This document shows positions 9,340 to 21,179 of a stretch of 36,892 nt of DNA, in pieces. The translations under genes were made by a program, and so were the position numbers. Location of the stretch: sequence record SRR20825019_103, one strand, 5' to 3'. The notes beneath the pieces were generated by a model, which saw only the letters and a program-made list of their open reading frames with translations, made no database searches and had not been told where the DNA came from. The number at the start of each line of letters is the position of its first letter. The stretch's first letter is position 1.

Positions 9340-12300
9340 ATCTGACCTGCGATCCATGCGGTTTGGGGTTGTTGAGAGGTGGTTCCGGCCGGGAGATCGC
9401 CTTCAAGGCGCGTAGCCAGATCATTCAGGCTGTGGCTGCCGAGCAGATCCGCAAGGGCAATTGTCAGGCCCAGCTCGCGCTCGATGAGCCCGCGTATTTC
9501 CATCGCAAGCAGGGAATCGAGCCCGAGAAGCGATAGCGGTGTGTCCGGTGCCAGTTGCCCCGGCGGAAGGCGAAGCACGTCGCATATGCGCGCCGCCAGC
9601 CAGTCACGCGGAGACAGATCGGGCTGGGCATGCGGTTGAGTTGTGTCGCTACGGGGCGGCTGTTTGGTGTGCGTGGTGCCGAGCCCGGCGAGGACCGCGT
9701 CGAACAGACCCGTCGGCCGCTGGCTGCGGTAGAGCTCCGCGAAACGGGGCCAGTCGGCAGCGACGAATGCTGTCTGTGCCTGTGCCGGGTTCAGGAACTC
9801 GGCCAGCCGATCCGTGAGGCGGTCCGTCGGGAAAGGTTCAAGCCCCATCCGGCGCAATTCCCGGCCGGTCCCGGTGCTCACCATGGCGCTGTCAGAAAGA
9901 GGGCCAAGATCGAGGCTTGTTCCCGGCAGGCCGCGTGCCCGCCGGAAAGTGGCCAGTCCGTCGAGGAAAGCGTTTGCCGCCGCATAAGAGGCCTGGCGCT
10001 GACCGCCCCAAAGCCCGGCGATTGATCCGCAGCCGAGGAAGAAATCCAGTTTCTCGTCCGCCGTCGCGACGTGAAGCGCCCAGGCGCCACCGGCCTTTCC
10101 GGCCAGCACGGCCGCGCATTCGGACCAGTCCAGGCTATTGAGGTCCCGCTGCTCGCCAATACCGGCGGCGTGGATGACACCCGCAAGAGCTGGCCCGGTG
10201 CGGTTCCACTCAGCAATCTGCGCAGCCAGTGTTTCCTGATCGCTGATGTCGAGAGCGGCGGCCTCAACAATAGCGCCGTAATCCGTCAGAGCCGCCATGT
10301 GCCGGCGTGCTTCCGCTGTCTTCGCGCCGTTCCGCCCAACCAGCAGAAGCCTGCCTGCGCCCTGGCGTGCCAGCCACAGTCCCATGGCGCGGCCCAGGCT
10401 GCCGAAGGCGCCAGTAATCAGATAGCTGGCGTCCCGGCGGATGGAGACCGGTTTCTGCGCTGCAGGATCTGCGTGATGCAGACGCGGGACGAGGAACACT
10501 CCGTCCCGCAGGGCCGCTTCCGAATGCTCTCCCGCAGAGGAAAAGGCGGCGGCGATCAGCGCCGTGTCGCGGGTGAGGTCTAGCGTATGCGGCAGATCCA
10601 GCAGGCCGCCCCAGATATGCGGGGTTTCCAGTGCGACGCTGCGGCCGAAACCCCGGACCGGCGATTGTGCCAGGCCTTTGAGACGGTCGTTCTGTGTCGC
10701 GGCGACCGCATCCTGTGTCACGATCCACAGCCGGGGCGGGGTCGGCAGGCCCAGAAGAGCCCGCGTCAGGGCAATCAGACCAGCAAGTCCGCCGCCTTGC
10801 GCGCTCGTCAGGCGTCCGGCGGTCAGCTCTTCCGTCTTCGGATCATCGAGGTTCCAGAGATGGACGACGCCCGTCAGCGGTCCCAACTCGTCAAGCAATG
10901 AACGGGCGGCTGCCTCGTCCCCGGGAACGAGGTTTCGGCGGTGTCCGTTGAGAGGCGCCTTGAAGATCATTGTGCAATGGGCGCCCCGTGCCTGAAACTC
11001 GGCGGCAACGGCTTCTCCGGTGCCGTTCTCATCGGCAAGGATCAGCCAGTTTCCGGTGATCGGCACGGGCTTTTCCGTGCTTTGGGGCAGAGGCTCCCAG
11101 CGCACCCGATAGGGGGCGGGTATGGCGCTGGTGCGCTCATGTTCGGACTGGACCCAATAGCGTTGCCGGTCGAAGGGATGGCCGGGCAGATCGGTACGCC
11201 GTACCGGCAGAGCGGCATAGAGAGCGTTCCAGTCCGGGGTCTCGCCATTCGCATATAGCTCGGCCAGAGCGCGCCATTCCTCCGGGCTGGCATGGTCTGC
11301 CTCCATTGTTCCCGTCGCCGGGCGCCGGGAGGAGATGGCGCCGCCGCTTTCGATGGCCCCGTCGTTTGTCTGGCCTTCAAGCCAGGCTTCCAGAGCCGAA
11401 ATCAGAGAGGGCGCGTCGGCGCCGAGCACGGCGAGCCTGTGGGGGAAATGGTCGCGTCCGCAGGATGCCGTGAAGCAGAGATCGGCCAGCGGCTCCGGGC
11501 TTTCTTTCAGAGTGTCCAGAATCCGGGCGGCGAGCGTGCGGAGCGCGGGCCGGCTCTTGGCGGAAAGCGGCAGGAGGTATTGGCTGAAGCGTGGTCGCTG
11601 GCGGGGCGCCTGTTCCGGTGCCTGTTCCACGATCACATGCGCGTTGGTACCGCCGAACCCGAAAGAGCTGACGCCCGCCCGCCGCGTCTGTCCCGATTGG
11701 GGCCAGGGCTCGGTGCCGTGCGGAAGGTGGAGCCCGATTTGCGTCCAGTCGATCTTAGTATTGGGGGTGGCGCTGTGCAGGCTGGCCGGAATTTTCCCGT
11801 GAGACAGGGACAGGACAGCCTTCTGCAGACCCGCTACACCCGCTGCGGATTCCAGATGGCCGATGTTAGATTTAACCGAGCCGATGGTCAGGGGGCGGTC
11901 CCGCCTTTCCGTGCCGAAGACGGCATCCAGCGCACCTGCTTCAATAGGATCGCCCAGCGCGGTGCCGGTGCCGTGGGCTTCGACATAGCCGATCTCACCC
12001 GGCTCCAGTTCCGCGCGCTGGAGTGCCCGGCGGATCACCCGTTCCTGTGCCGGTCCGTTCGGGACCGTCAGGCCGCTGGACCGGCCATCCTGGTTCACGG
12101 CGGATCCCCGGATCACGGCCATGATCCGGTCGCCGTCCCGCTCTGCATCTGAGAGCCGTTTCAGCAGCAGCAGGCCGCAGCCTTCGGAGCGCACGAACCC
12201 GTCCGCCTCTGCCGAGAAGGCCTTGCAGCGCCCGTCCGGGGCCAGCATGCGTGCCCGTGAATGGTTGATGCTGACGGTCGGGTCGAGCAGCAGGTTGACG

Positions 12301-15300
12301 CCGCCGCTGATCGCCAGCTTGGTCTCCCCGCTTCTGAGGCTTTCGCAGGCCTGGTGGATCGCGACCAGGGAGGAAGAGCAGGCGGTATCGATGGCGAGGC
12401 TCGGCCCTTCCAGGCCGAGGAAGAAGGACAGCCGGTTTGCCGCCACGCTGAGCGCGTTGCCGGTGCCGAGATAGGCGTCGATCCCGTCGGGCGTGCGATT
12501 CAGACGGTGCAGGTAATCGTTGGTGCTGATGCCGATAAAGACGCCGGTCTGGCTGCCTTCCAGACTGCTTGGCGGTATGCCTGCACGCTCCAGAGTCTCC
12601 CAGCACACCTCCAGCAGGAGACGCTGTTGCGGGTCGAGATGTTTGGCCTCGCGGGGGGAAATGCCGAAGAAGCCCGGATCGAACAGATCGATATCGTCCA
12701 GAAACCCGCCATGGCGTGTCTGGATGGTTCCGGACATGCCGGGGTCCGCATTGTAATACCTGTCGGCGTCCCAGCGGTTTGCCGGAATTTCCGAGATCGC
12801 GTCGACGCCATCTTCCAGCAGTTTCCAGAAAGCATCTGGATCGGAGACTCCGCCGGGTATGCGGCAGCCAAGAGAAATAATCGCGATCCCGTCATTTTTC
12901 CCTGTGCTGGTGATCCTGTTTTCATGGACAGGAACAGCAGGGAGCGCCTGTGTTGCGTCATCAAAGTCGCCGCGTTCCAGCAGATGCTGCGCAAGGCGCT
13001 TCGGCGTCGGGTAATCGAAAGCCAGGGTCGCGGGCAGCGGCCAGCCGAGGTCGGCCTGCAGCCGGTTGCGCAACTCGATTGCATTCATCGAGTCGAACCC
13101 CTGATCGAAGAATCCGCGCTCGGGGTCAGGGGCCTGATCTCTGCCACCGATAATCGCGGTGACCCGATCGAGAATGTTGGTGGTGAGCTGCTCCAGCCGC
13201 GCGCCGGGTGCCAGCGCATGCAATCGGGCGATCATGCCGGATTGTGTCCCGGCCTCTGAGAGTGGTGGGGTGGCAGGGGAAGATCCGTTGATCAAGGGAT
13301 GGACCAGCGGGGCGTCTGACCGGCGCGGCAGGATCGCCATGTGCGGTATGTCGAGCGCCGATGCACGGATCATCGCCTCAAGACCCTGCCCGGGTTCAAT
13401 CGGGGCCAGCCCGTGCCGTGCAAGCCTGCCTGCGAGGGCGGTCTCGCGGGACGCATCGGACCAGGCGCTCCAGCTCAGGCTTTGTGCCGGAAGCCCGCGC
13501 CGGTGGCGATAGAGCGCGAGGGCATCCAGCATGCCGTTGGCGGCGCCATAGGCCGCCTGGCCGGGATTGCCCAGCAAACCGCTCGCCGACGAGACCAGCA
13601 TGAAATGCTTTACAGGATGCCTGGCCGTGAGGCGGTGGAGTGCCCAGCCACCGAGGATCTTGGGCGCCATCACGGCGCAGACACGCTCGGCAGATTGTTG
13701 ATGCAGAACCCCGTCGTCCAGTATGCCCGCGGCATGGAGAATACCGGTCAGTGGTGGCCAGTCTTGCGGCAGGGTGTCGAGTAGCGCGGTGAGGGCAGGC
13801 TCGTCGGTGATGTCGACGGCGCCGACCTCGATTTCAGCCCCCGTCGCGCGCCATTCCGCGATCCGCTCGGCGGCGGCGTCAGACGGCGTGCTGCGGGAGT
13901 TGAGCACCAGATGGCGTGCCCCGCACTTTATCAGCGCTCCGGCCATGAGCAGTCCAAGCCGCCCGAGGCCTCCGGTCACCAGCCATGTTCCGTCTGTCTC
14001 CAGCGCTGCGTCCGGTTTCGGGAGAAGCTGTGGCTCCAGCCCTGGCGTGAGCCGCTTGGGGGCGCCGTTATCAAGGCGCCAGACGGTCTCGTCCTTCGGC
14101 TCGGCGGCACGGATCTCGGCGAACAGTTGGGCTGCGGCTTGCTTGGCGTTGCCATCCACATCGATGAGGGAAAGACGCCAGTCCGGATGTTCATGCCGCA
14201 AGCTCCGCCCCAACCCCCAGATCATCGATTGGAGCAAGCCGCCGCCCGCTTCGGGGAGAGGTGCATCGGCCATCGCGAAAGCCTGACGGCTGACCAGAGA
14301 GAGTTTGAGCGGGCGCGTGGCCTGTGTGGCCAGGATCTGCACGAGACCGGTCAGCCGGGTGCCAAGATTCGTGACGGCACCGGCGATAGCCTGCGTATCG
14401 CTTTTCAGCTGATCGGGTGCGGCGATATCCAGAGGCCAGAGACAGATGATGTTGAGGGGGCGTTTGCCCGCCGGAAGTGTGTCCGGGGCCGGCCCCGTGA
14501 TGACGGTCACCGTGTCGCCCGTCGCCCTGAGAGTGTCGGCCAGCCTTTTTGCCGTCCCGATCCGGTCCGCGAACAGCAGCCAGTCGGCCGGGGGACGATG
14601 TTCGTCCGCTGTCTGCGAGGCCGGTGTCCAGCAGGGCACGAAGCCCCATTCCTCGACTGGAACGGCTGTCACTTCCGCATCGGAGACGGATGGCGCAGGT
14701 TGCGGGGCACCATGGGCAAGAGCCTTGCGCAGCGGTGCGGCGGCATCGCCGGTCTCGGGGCGTGGCGGGAGGGCGCAAGGCTGCTTCTGGAACGGATAGG
14801 CCGGAAGCTCCGGTGCGGCCCACTTGTCCGTGCCGTCATGGAAAGCCGCCCAGTCCGGCGTGACGCCGGCGGTGTAGAGTGCCGCCAGGCTGCCGGTGAG
14901 TGTCTCCCAATCTTCCGCGCCATCGCGCAGGCTGGGGAGCCAGAGGGCGTCGGCCGCCGGAACGCATTGCGCGCCAAGGGCGGTCAGAAGCGGTTTCGGG
15001 CCGATCTCGACAAAGACGCGATGACTGGAGGAGATGTTGGCCATGCCATCGGCGAACCGCACCGCGCCGCGCAGATGGCGGGTCCAGTAATCCGCGTCCG
15101 GCGCGGTCTCCATAAACCGTCCGTCGAGATTACTGACGAGCGGGATCCGGGGAGCGGAAAAGTCAAAGCCGGATGCGATCTTGCGGAACGGCTCCAGAAT
15201 GGGGTCGATCAGGGGCGAATGGAATGCGTGGGAGACCGGCAGGAACCGGCTGCGGAAGTTCGCACGCTCCAGGCCTTCCTGAACCCGGGTGAGGGTTTCG

Positions 15301-18300
15301 CGCCGTCCGGACAGCACGACATTGCGTGGCCCGTTCACGGCGGCGATGGAGATGTCTTCGGGACAGGATGCCGCGAAGCCGGAGACCTGTTTCTCGTCCG
15401 CCATCACCGCCAGCATGGCGCCGTCGAGGGGCAGGCCTTGAATGAGACGGGCGCGTTCAGCGATCAGCCGCAACCCCGTCTCCAGATCGAAAACATCGGC
15501 CACACAGGCGGCCACATATTCCCCGACACTGTGCCCGAGGAGGGCGGCGGGCTGGATCCCCCAACGCCGCCATAGCGCGGCCAGCGCGTATTCGAGGGAA
15601 AAAAGGGCGGGCTGGGTGTAACGGGTTTGCGCCAGCAGATCGGCATCCTTGCCGAACATGACCGAGAGCAGGGAGTGGTCGAGCTGCTTTGTCAGCAGAG
15701 CGTCGCAGCGGTCGAGTGTCGCGCGGAAGCCCGCATCAGCCGCATAGAGGCGGCGTCCCATATCGGGATATTGGGAGCCCTGGCCGGTGAAGAGAAAGGT
15801 GACGGATGGCGCGTTGACCGGTATCCGCTGCCCCTGTTCTTCGCCGGCGGAAATGGCTTCGAGCTGGTCGGCAAAACCGTCGATGGTCCCGGCAGTGAGT
15901 GTGAGGCGGTGATCCAAATGAGAGCGTCGTGTGGCCGCTGCGGCGCACAGATTTTCCGGCGTGATGTCCGGAGTGTGGCGGCACAGGGACGCGTAACGCT
16001 CCGCAAGATCCCGCAATGCCGCCGGGTCGCGGGCGGAAAATGCCAGCAGGTGCGGCTGGCGGGCGGTGTGTTCTATCGGTTGAGCGGCGTTTGCGCGCTC
16101 CGGGGCGTGTTCCAGAATCACATGGGCATTGGTTCCGCCGAAGCCGAAGGAACTGACCGCCGCGCGTGCGCCGTCCGGCAAACGCCTCGGGACCAACGGG
16201 ATCTCGAAAGGAGATCCGTCGAGTTTTATCAGGGGATTGATCCGGTGCAGGTCCGGTTGCGGCGGCACTTCGCCATGCTGCAGGCAGAGAACGGCCTTCA
16301 CCAGACCCGCGATTCCGGCGGCGGCTTCAAGGTGGCCGATATTGGCCTTCGCGGAGCCGAGCAGGCAGGGGCGGCCGCCTGACCGGGTGCCGCCAAGAGC
16401 GGTTTGCAGGGCGCCGACCTCGATGGGGTCGCCGAGACGTGTTCCGGTGCCATGGGTTTCGACGAAATCGATATGCGTGGCATCCAGCCCGGCGGATGTA
16501 AGCGCATCGCGAATGACGCTCTGCTGCGCCTGCGGGTTTGGAGCGGTGAGGCCGTTGCTGCGGCCATCCTGATTAATCGCCGAACCGCGGATCACTGCCA
16601 GCACGCGATCGCCGTCACGCTCTGCGGCGGCGAGCGGCTTCAGCACGACCATGCCGCAACCCTCGCCGCGCACATAGCCGTCGGCATCGGCGGAGAAGGT
16701 GTGGCTCCGCCGGTTTGGCGACAGCATGCCCGCGCGTTCCAGGGCGAGGTGAAGATGCGGGCCGCCGATGATGTTCACGCCTCCGGCGAGTGCCAGCTCA
16801 CACTCTCCACTGCGCAGACTCTGGCAGGCCTGATGCACGGCGACGAGCGAGGAGGAGCAGGCGGTGTCGATGGCCATGCTCGGCCCGCGCAGATCGAGCT
16901 GATAGGACAGGCGATTGGCGGCGATGCTGAAGGCCAGGCCGGTGCCGCTATAGGCGTTCAGCAGGTTTTCCGCATCGCCCCGGCTGAATTGATCGAAGGC
17001 GAAATCGGCGGAGGATATTCCGACGAACACACCGGTCCGGCTGCCTTCCAGTTGATCTGCCGGCATTCCTGCATGTTCCAGCGCGTGCCATGTCACTTCC
17101 AGCAGGAGACGCTGCTGCGGGTCCATGCTGCGCGCTTCGCTCTCGGCAAGGCCGAAGAAAGCGGCGTCGAAACTGTCGATCCCTTCGAGGAAACCGGCCT
17201 CACTGCCCGGAAGACGGGCGTCGGGGCGCACCACGCAGCGCCCGCTGCTGAGGAGGTCCCAAAAATCATCCGCGTTCCCGGCGCCGGGCAGACGGCAGGC
17301 AAGGCCGACGATTGCGATGGGGGTGTGGTGGCCGGGGTCCTGTTTGATCTGTTTGATAGTGTGTGGCGCCGGAGAGGCCTCGGCGCCACTCAGATGGTCG
17401 GACAATGCCGCGATCGAGGGATATTGCCAAAGCAGGGTCGGGTCGAGAGCGGGGCCGCCGAGATGATCTTCCAGCGCCGCGATGAGGCCGACAGCGGAGC
17501 GGGAGTCGAGGCCGAGTTCCGCGAACGGGGCCTGCAGATCGATCGCGTCCGGTTGTAGCGACAGCATGCCGCCGAGTTGATGGCGCAGCCAGTTTCGGAG
17601 GCCGGGGCCGTCTGGTCGGTTGGCCTCTGTGACGGGGGAGGTTTCCCGGCGCCAGCGGGCGATGCAGTGCAGCTTGTCATCGAGATAGGCCTGCCTGCAG
17701 GCCCGGCGCTGAACCTTGCCGCTGGATGTCTTGAGAATCTGGCCGCGTTCGAGGATCAGGATCTCGGCGGTTGCCAGGCCATGGCTCCGGGCCACTGCCT
17801 GACGGATGCTCCGGAAGGCAGGCTCCCAGTCCGTCGTGCCACGCCCGGCTTCGGCAAGGATGAGGAGCTGTTCTTCGGAGCCGTTCTCCACCGAGAAGGC
17901 GGCGCAATGTTCCCGCCGTACCTCGGGGCTGGCTTCCAGCACCGTCCATTCAATGTCATGGGGGTAATGGTTCACACCGGCGATGACGATGAGATCTTTC
18001 AGGCGGCCGGTAACATGCAGGGCGCCATCCTTCAGGAAGCCGAGATCGCCGGTGCGCAGGAACGTGCCGGCTTCCGGGCAATCGGCAAGGCTGGCTTTGA
18101 ACGTGGCGTCCGTTTCTTCCGGCCTCCGCCAGTAGCCGAGCCCGACGCTGGGGCTGGATATCCAGATCTCGCCGACTTCATCGGGGCTGCGACTGCTCCC
18201 GGTTTCGGGGTCGACGATCCGCAAATCTGTTCCGGGCCGGGGCACGCCGCAGCTCACCACCGTCCGCGTCGCGCTATCGGGCTGGCTGGCGTCGGCGGGC

Positions 18301-19364
18301 AGTACGCGGTTGTGCTCCAGCGCCCCGGCATCGAGTTGCGAGACACGCGGGGGTTCATTGTGGGGGCGGGCGGTGACGAACAGGGTGGCTTCGGCCATAC
18401 CGTAAGCCGGATAGAAGGTTTCGGCCCTGAAGCCTTGCGGGGCGAATGTCTCGGTGAATCGCCGCAGGGTTTCGGCCCTGACAGGTTCGGCCCCGTTGCC
18501 GGCAACCTGCCAGCGGGACAGATCCAGCGCGGCGCGCTGTTCGTCCTTTATGCGCTCAAGGCAGAGTTCATAGGCGAAGTTCGGGGCATGGGTATGGGTG
18601 CCGTCGAACCGGTCGATCGCCTCCAGCCAGCGGACAGGCCTTTTAAGCAGGGTAAGGGGAGAGAGGACGTAGCAATCCGCGCCGCTAAAGAGGGGCTGCA
18701 GCAGGCCTTCGACCAGACCGTAATCGTGGAAATAGGGCATCCAGGTGATGCAGACACTGTCTTCACCACAGCCGAAGCCTTCCTGCAGATAGGCCAGGTT
18801 GGCGAGCACGTTTCCGTGGGACAGCATGACGCCGCGCGGACTGGTGGTGGAGCCTGATGTATATTGCAGATAAGCCAGACTTCCGGCCGTGATGTCGGGC
18901 AGTTTGAACGATGTCTCTTCGGCGGGCGTCAGCGTATCCGTCGCGATCCAGTGCACATCCGGCAGGGCCTCGCTCAGGCGGGCCTCAAGATCCTGCCGCA
19001 GACCGGCGGTGGTCAGAATGACTTCTGCTTCCGCATCCGCGACGATGCCTTGCAGGCGGGGCAGGGAATGTTTGAGCCGCACCCCGTCCGGCGGTGGGAC
19101 CGGAACCGCGATGATGCCGGCATTCAGACACCCGAAGAATGCGGGAAGAACCTCGAGTCCCGGCGGATACAGCAGCAGTGCCCGCGCGCCCTCCGGCACC
19201 CGTTCCCGGAGCTGGTTGGAAACCGCGAAAGCGTGCTTCCGAAGCGTCGCGTAATCAGCCGTGTCCGCGACATCCCGGCCATCCTTCAGGAAGTGATATT
19301 TGCCTGCTGAAGATGCCGCCCGCTGGTCCAGCAGGGTTATGAGGGTGTCAGGTGTTGATGGCAC
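9336..19364 (-). CDS. Type I PKS with fatty acyl-AMP ligase loading: FAAL-ACP-KS-AT-KR-ACP-KS-(AT absent)-KR-ACP
   Basis: [33 protein letters not shown]. ACPs: LGLDSR, QGFDSM, LGLDSL. Both KSs keep DTACSSS / HGTGT / NIGH. AT1: GHSVG and HAFH (malonyl type). KR1: HAAGILDD...YGAAN. KR2: HAAGIGEQ...GLWG...YAAAN. GTG start with GGAG upstream. Confidence 0.96.
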   Translation of the reverse strand: MPSTPDTLITLLDQRAASSAGKYHFLKDGRDVADTADYATLRKHAFAVSNQLRERVPEGARALLLYPPGLEVLPAFFGCLNAGIIAVPVPPPDGVRLKHSLPRLQGIVADAEAEVILTTAGLRQDLEARLSEALPDVHWIATDTLTPAEETSFKLPDITAGSLAYLQYTSGSTTSPRGVMLSHGNVLANLAYLQEGFGCGEDSVCITWMPYFHDYGLVEGLLQPLFSGADCYVLSPLTLLKRPVRWLEAIDRFDGTHTHAPNFAYELCLERIKDEQRAALDLSRWQVAGNGAEPVRAETLRRFTETFAPQGFRAETFYPAYGMAEATLFVTARPHNEPPRVSQLDAGALEHNRVLPADASQPDSATRTVVSCGVPRPGTDLRIVDPETGSSRSPDEVGEIWISSPSVGLGYWRRPEETDATFKASLADCPEAGTFLRTGDLGFLKDGALHVTGRLKDLIVIAGVNHYPHDIEWTVLEASPEVRREHCAAFSVENGSEEQLLILAEAGRGTTDWEPAFRSIRQAVARSHGLATAEILILERGQILKTSSGKVQRRACRQAYLDDKLHCIARWRRETSPVTEANRPDGPGLRNWLRHQLGGMLSLQPDAIDLQAPFAELGLDSRSAVGLIAALEDHLGGPALDPTLLWQYPSIAALSDHLSGAEASPAPHTIKQIKQDPGHHTPIAIVGLACRLPGAGNADDFWDLLSSGRCVVRPDARLPGSEAGFLEGIDSFDAAFFGLAESEARSMDPQQRLLLEVTWHALEHAGMPADQLEGSRTGVFVGISSADFAFDQFSRGDAENLLNAYSGTGLAFSIAANRLSYQLDLRGPSMAIDTACSSSLVAVHQACQSLRSGECELALAGGVNIIGGPHLHLALERAGMLSPNRRSHTFSADADGYVRGEGCGMVVLKPLAAAERDGDRVLAVIRGSAINQDGRSNGLTAPNPQAQQSVIRDALTSAGLDATHIDFVETHGTGTRLGDPIEVGALQTALGGTRSGGRPCLLGSAKANIGHLEAAAGIAGLVKAVLCLQHGEVPPQPDLHRINPLIKLDGSPFEIPLVPRRLPDGARAAVSSFGFGGTNAHVILEHAPERANAAQPIEHTARQPHLLAFSARDPAALRDLAERYASLCRHTPDITPENLCAAAATRRSHLDHRLTLTAGTIDGFADQLEAISAGEEQGQRIPVNAPSVTFLFTGQGSQYPDMGRRLYAADAGFRATLDRCDALLTKQLDHSLLSVMFGKDADLLAQTRYTQPALFSLEYALAALWRRWGIQPAALLGHSVGEYVAACVADVFDLETGLRLIAERARLIQGLPLDGAMLAVMADEKQVSGFAASCPEDISIAAVNGPRNVVLSGRRETLTRVQEGLERANFRSRFLPVSHAFHSPLIDPILEPFRKIASGFDFSAPRIPLVSNLDGRFMETAPDADYWTRHLRGAVRFADGMANISSSHRVFVEIGPKPLLTALGAQCVPAADALWLPSLRDGAEDWETLTGSLAALYTAGVTPDWAAFHDGTDKWAAPELPAYPFQKQPCALPPRPETGDAAAPLRKALAHGAPQPAPSVSDAEVTAVPVEEWGFVPCWTPASQTADEHRPPADWLLFADRIGTAKRLADTLRATGDTVTVITGPAPDTLPAGKRPLNIICLWPLDIAAPDQLKSDTQAIAGAVTNLGTRLTGLVQILATQATRPLKLSLVSRQAFAMADAPLPEAGGGLLQSMIWGLGRSLRHEHPDWRLSLIDVDGNAKQAAAQLFAEIRAAEPKDETVWRLDNGAPKRLTPGLEPQLLPKPDAALETDGTWLVTGGLGRLGLLMAGALIKCGARHLVLNSRSTPSDAAAERIAEWRATGAEIEVGAVDITDEPALTALLDTLPQDWPPLTGILHAAGILDDGVLHQQSAERVCAVMAPKILGGWALHRLTARHPVKHFMLVSSASGLLGNPGQAAYGAANGMLDALALYRHRRGLPAQSLSWSAWSDASRETALAGRLARHGLAPIEPGQGLEAMIRASALDIPHMAILPRRSDAPLVHPLINGSSPATPPLSEAGTQSGMIARLHALAPGARLEQLTTNILDRVTAIIGGRDQAPDPERGFFDQGFDSMNAIELRNRLQADLGWPLPATLAFDYPTPKRLAQHLLERGDFDDATQALPAVPVHENRITSTGKNDGIAIISLGCRIPGGVSDPDAFWKLLEDGVDAISEIPANRWDADRYYNADPGMSGTIQTRHGGFLDDIDLFDPGFFGISPREAKHLDPQQRLLLEVCWETLERAGIPPSSLEGSQTGVFIGISTNDYLHRLNRTPDGIDAYLGTGNALSVAANRLSFFLGLEGPSLAIDTACSSSLVAIHQACESLRSGETKLAISGGVNLLLDPTVSINHSRARMLAPDGRCKAFSAEADGFVRSEGCGLLLLKRLSDAERDGDRIMAVIRGSAVNQDGRSSGLTVPNGPAQERVIRRALQRAELEPGEIGYVEAHGTGTALGDPIEAGALDAVFGTERRDRPLTIGSVKSNIGHLESAAGVAGLQKAVLSLSHGKIPASLHSATPNTKIDWTQIGLHLPHGTEPWPQSGQTRRAGVSSFGFGGTNAHVIVEQAPEQAPRQRPRFSQYLLPLSAKSRPALRTLAARILDTLKESPEPLADLCFTASCGRDHFPHRLAVLGADAPSLISALEAWLEGQTNDGAIESGGAISSRRPATGTMEADHASPEEWRALAELYANGETPDWNALYAALPVRRTDLPGHPFDRQRYWVQSEHERTSAIPAPYRVRWEPLPQSTEKPVPITGNWLILADENGTGEAVAAEFQARGAHCTMIFKAPLNGHRRNLVPGDEAAARSLLDELGPLTGVVHLWNLDDPKTEELTAGRLTSAQGGGLAGLIALTRALLGLPTPPRLWIVTQDAVAATQNDRLKGLAQSPVRGFGRSVALETPHIWGGLLDLPHTLDLTRDTALIAAAFSSAGEHSEAALRDGVFLVPRLHHADPAAQKPVSIRRDASYLITGAFGSLGRAMGLWLARQGAGRLLLVGRNGAKTAEARRHMAALTDYGAIVEAAALDISDQETLAAQIAEWNRTGPALAGVIHAAGIGEQRDLNSLDWSECAAVLAGKAGGAWALHVATADEKLDFFLGCGSIAGLWGGQRQASYAAANAFLDGLATFRRARGLPGTSLDLGPLSDSAMVSTGTGRELRRMGLEPFPTDRLTDRLAEFLNPAQAQTAFVAADWPRFAELYRSQRPTGLFDAVLAGLGTTHTKQPPRSDTTQPHAQPDLSPRDWLAARICDVLRLPPGQLAPDTPLSLLGLDSLLAMEIRGLIERELGLTIALADLLGSHSLNDLATRLEGDLPAGTTSQQPQTAWIAGQI

Positions 19365-19721
19365 AACACCGCTCCATGTCCAAGAGAGTCATTTTTACGT
19401 CCCTGTTAGAGACCGGAACCCCCGTCCATCGTTCTGCCTGTGCCGTATTGGCTGGCGGGGTGTTTGTGGTGTTCCGATATTCCTGTTATGCAATTAATGC
19501 GAGTATATGCATATAAGTTTGCTCATCACAAGAGGTGTGAATTGCGATTTTTATAAAAATTTTCTGGTCTAAATTCTTTGCCTTATCAATGTGAAGGCAT
19601 AATTCGGGCTAAAACTTTTTAGCACTTAATGGTTGTGTTTTCTGATTGCGGCTCGGTGGAGAAAGGTGCTCTATAGGGTGAGTTAATAATATATTACTCA
19701 ATTTGAGGTGGTGTTTCGCTG
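19365..19721. promoter_or_regulatory. AT-rich divergent promoter region between PKS and PPTase, with palindromes TATATGCATATA (19504-19515) and TGAGT-N12-ACTCA (19679-19700)
   Basis: Non-coding gap between divergent starts, much more AT-rich than the flanking CDSs. Palindromes read directly; no promoter elements assigned. Confidence 0.6.
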
Positions 19722-20600
19722 ATGTCAAGCTGGGTCTTCAAGAGTGAGTGGAGCCGGGGAGGCCGAAACTTGGCCCTGAGCTTGGGGCATGACGAGGTTC
19801 TGATCTGGTTTTTCAAGCCGGACATTGTTGAGGATCGCCATCTTGCGGCGTTCGGACGGGTTCTTGATGACGCGGAGCGCGCCAGGGCTGGCCGTTTCCA
19901 TTTTCCCGAGGACAGCAGGAGTTATCGCTGCGCGCATGCGCTCAGCAGATGTGTGCTGCAGGCGGCCACCGGGGTGCCGGCGCGGGATATCCGTTTCGGG
20001 AACAATGCGCACGGCAAGCCGGAGCTTGACGGTGAGCCAGGTGTCTCGGGGCTCCGGTTCAATCTTTCACACACGCGGGGGCTGGTTTGTTGCGGGATCA
20101 CCCGGAGCCGTGATCTCGGCGTCGATGTCGAGTGCGTCTCGCGGGATGTTGATGTCGACGATTTGGCGCACCGGGTCTTTGCTCCGGAGGAAGTGGACTC
20201 TCTGCAGAAGCTCGGAGAGGAGGCGCGCTGCGAGGCCTTCTATTCGATCTGGGTTTTGAAGGAAGCCTATACAAAAGCCGTCGGGCGGGGATTGTCGATT
20301 CCGCTGGATGGCTTCTCCATCCGTCTGGATCCGCCATGTATCGAGATCGGCGCGCTGTTGCGCGGCGATCCGGATGCCGGAAGCACAGATGAGTGGGATG
20401 TCCGTTTGATGCATCCGGTGCCGGGATATGTGCTCGCGGCAGCTGTTCGTGCGGCTCCAGGCGATGGGGTGCTTTACCGGTTTTACGAGATGACCCCGGA
20501 TGCGCTGGCCAGCCTGTGCGATGACCCGGACGGGGAGGAGGACGGTCTGCCGATCATCGACTGTGGCCTGGATATTTTGCCGAATATGCATGGAGGCTGA
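19722..20600 (+). CDS. Sfp-type 4'-phosphopantetheinyl transferase
   Basis: Motifs GKPEL, FNLSHT, LGVDVE, WVLKEAYTKAVGRGL. GAGG upstream of the ATG. Adjacent to the PKS/NRPS. Confidence 0.93.
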   Translation: MSSWVFKSEWSRGGRNLALSLGHDEVLIWFFKPDIVEDRHLAAFGRVLDDAERARAGRFHFPEDSRSYRCAHALSRCVLQAATGVPARDIRFGNNAHGKPELDGEPGVSGLRFNLSHTRGLVCCGITRSRDLGVDVECVSRDVDVDDLAHRVFAPEEVDSLQKLGEEARCEAFYSIWVLKEAYTKAVGRGLSIPLDGFSIRLDPPCIEIGALLRGDPDAGSTDEWDVRLMHPVPGYVLAAAVRAAPGDGVLYRFYEMTPDALASLCDDPDGEEDGLPIIDCGLDILPNMHGG

Positions 20601-20604
20601 GCGA

Positions 20605-21147
20605 ATGCGACTGGAAGCGATCTGCCGATTGTCCGCTGTTTTCGGGTTGGCTCTGCTCTTGCCCGTCGTCGATGCCGGCGCTGCATCGACGGCATGTTAT
20701 CGCGCCGATATGCGGTACAGCATCGGCGCGACGGCATGCATCATGGGGACTGAAGCGAGATGCGTGTCCCGGGATGGCGTTTCCGGCTGGCAGAAGACGG
20801 GGGCCGGTTGCGATTTCCGGATCGGGGTTTCCAGTGCAAAATACGGCTCTGCGGATTTCTGGTGTTCGGCAATGGGGCCGGTGGCGCACGCATGCAATGG
20901 ACGTGGATCGTGCGTCGTCTCTCTGCCGAATATAGGGACGCAATGGTCGACCCTCGATGAGCGCAGGCTGATGCGCCGGAAGCTGGTCTGCGGCCCGCTC
21001 AACACGGTACGCAAATATCTCTATATCGGCTGGTATTGCAGTGACGGGGATACGGCGCTTGGCCAGCCGGAAGTGGCGCTACGCGATGGAGAGCGTGTGG
21101 TGCTCTCTTGTGACCGCTCGTCGGTGGGTGATCCCTGGCTGGAGTGA
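20605..21147 (+). CDS. Secreted Cys-rich protein (180 aa) with a SUEL/galactose-rhamnose lectin-like segment
   Basis: Start revised from the track's 20500 to ATG 20605, which has GGAGG at 20592-20596. Signal-peptide-like N-terminus (AVFGLALLLPVVDAGAA). Pattern IGVSSAKYG..C..V...CNGRGSCVV...C...KYLYIGWYC. Lectin assignment is by eye. Confidence 0.7.
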   Translation: MRLEAICRLSAVFGLALLLPVVDAGAASTACYRADMRYSIGATACIMGTEARCVSRDGVSGWQKTGAGCDFRIGVSSAKYGSADFWCSAMGPVAHACNGRGSCVVSLPNIGTQWSTLDERRLMRRKLVCGPLNTVRKYLYIGWYCSDGDTALGQPEVALRDGERVVLSCDRSSVGDPWLE

Positions 21148-21179
21148 GGCGGCGGCAGGCTTCAGGGCGGGGGCGGGCT

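Noticed and set aside
262-19310. Many long plus-strand ORFs (e.g. 3439-5601, 6967-8604, 13911-15575, 17577-18857)
   Set aside because: Antisense shadows of the GC-rich NRPS/PKS with no domain motifs of their own. The GGHSLIAM in 3439-5601 is explained by the inverted repeat, not by a real carrier protein.
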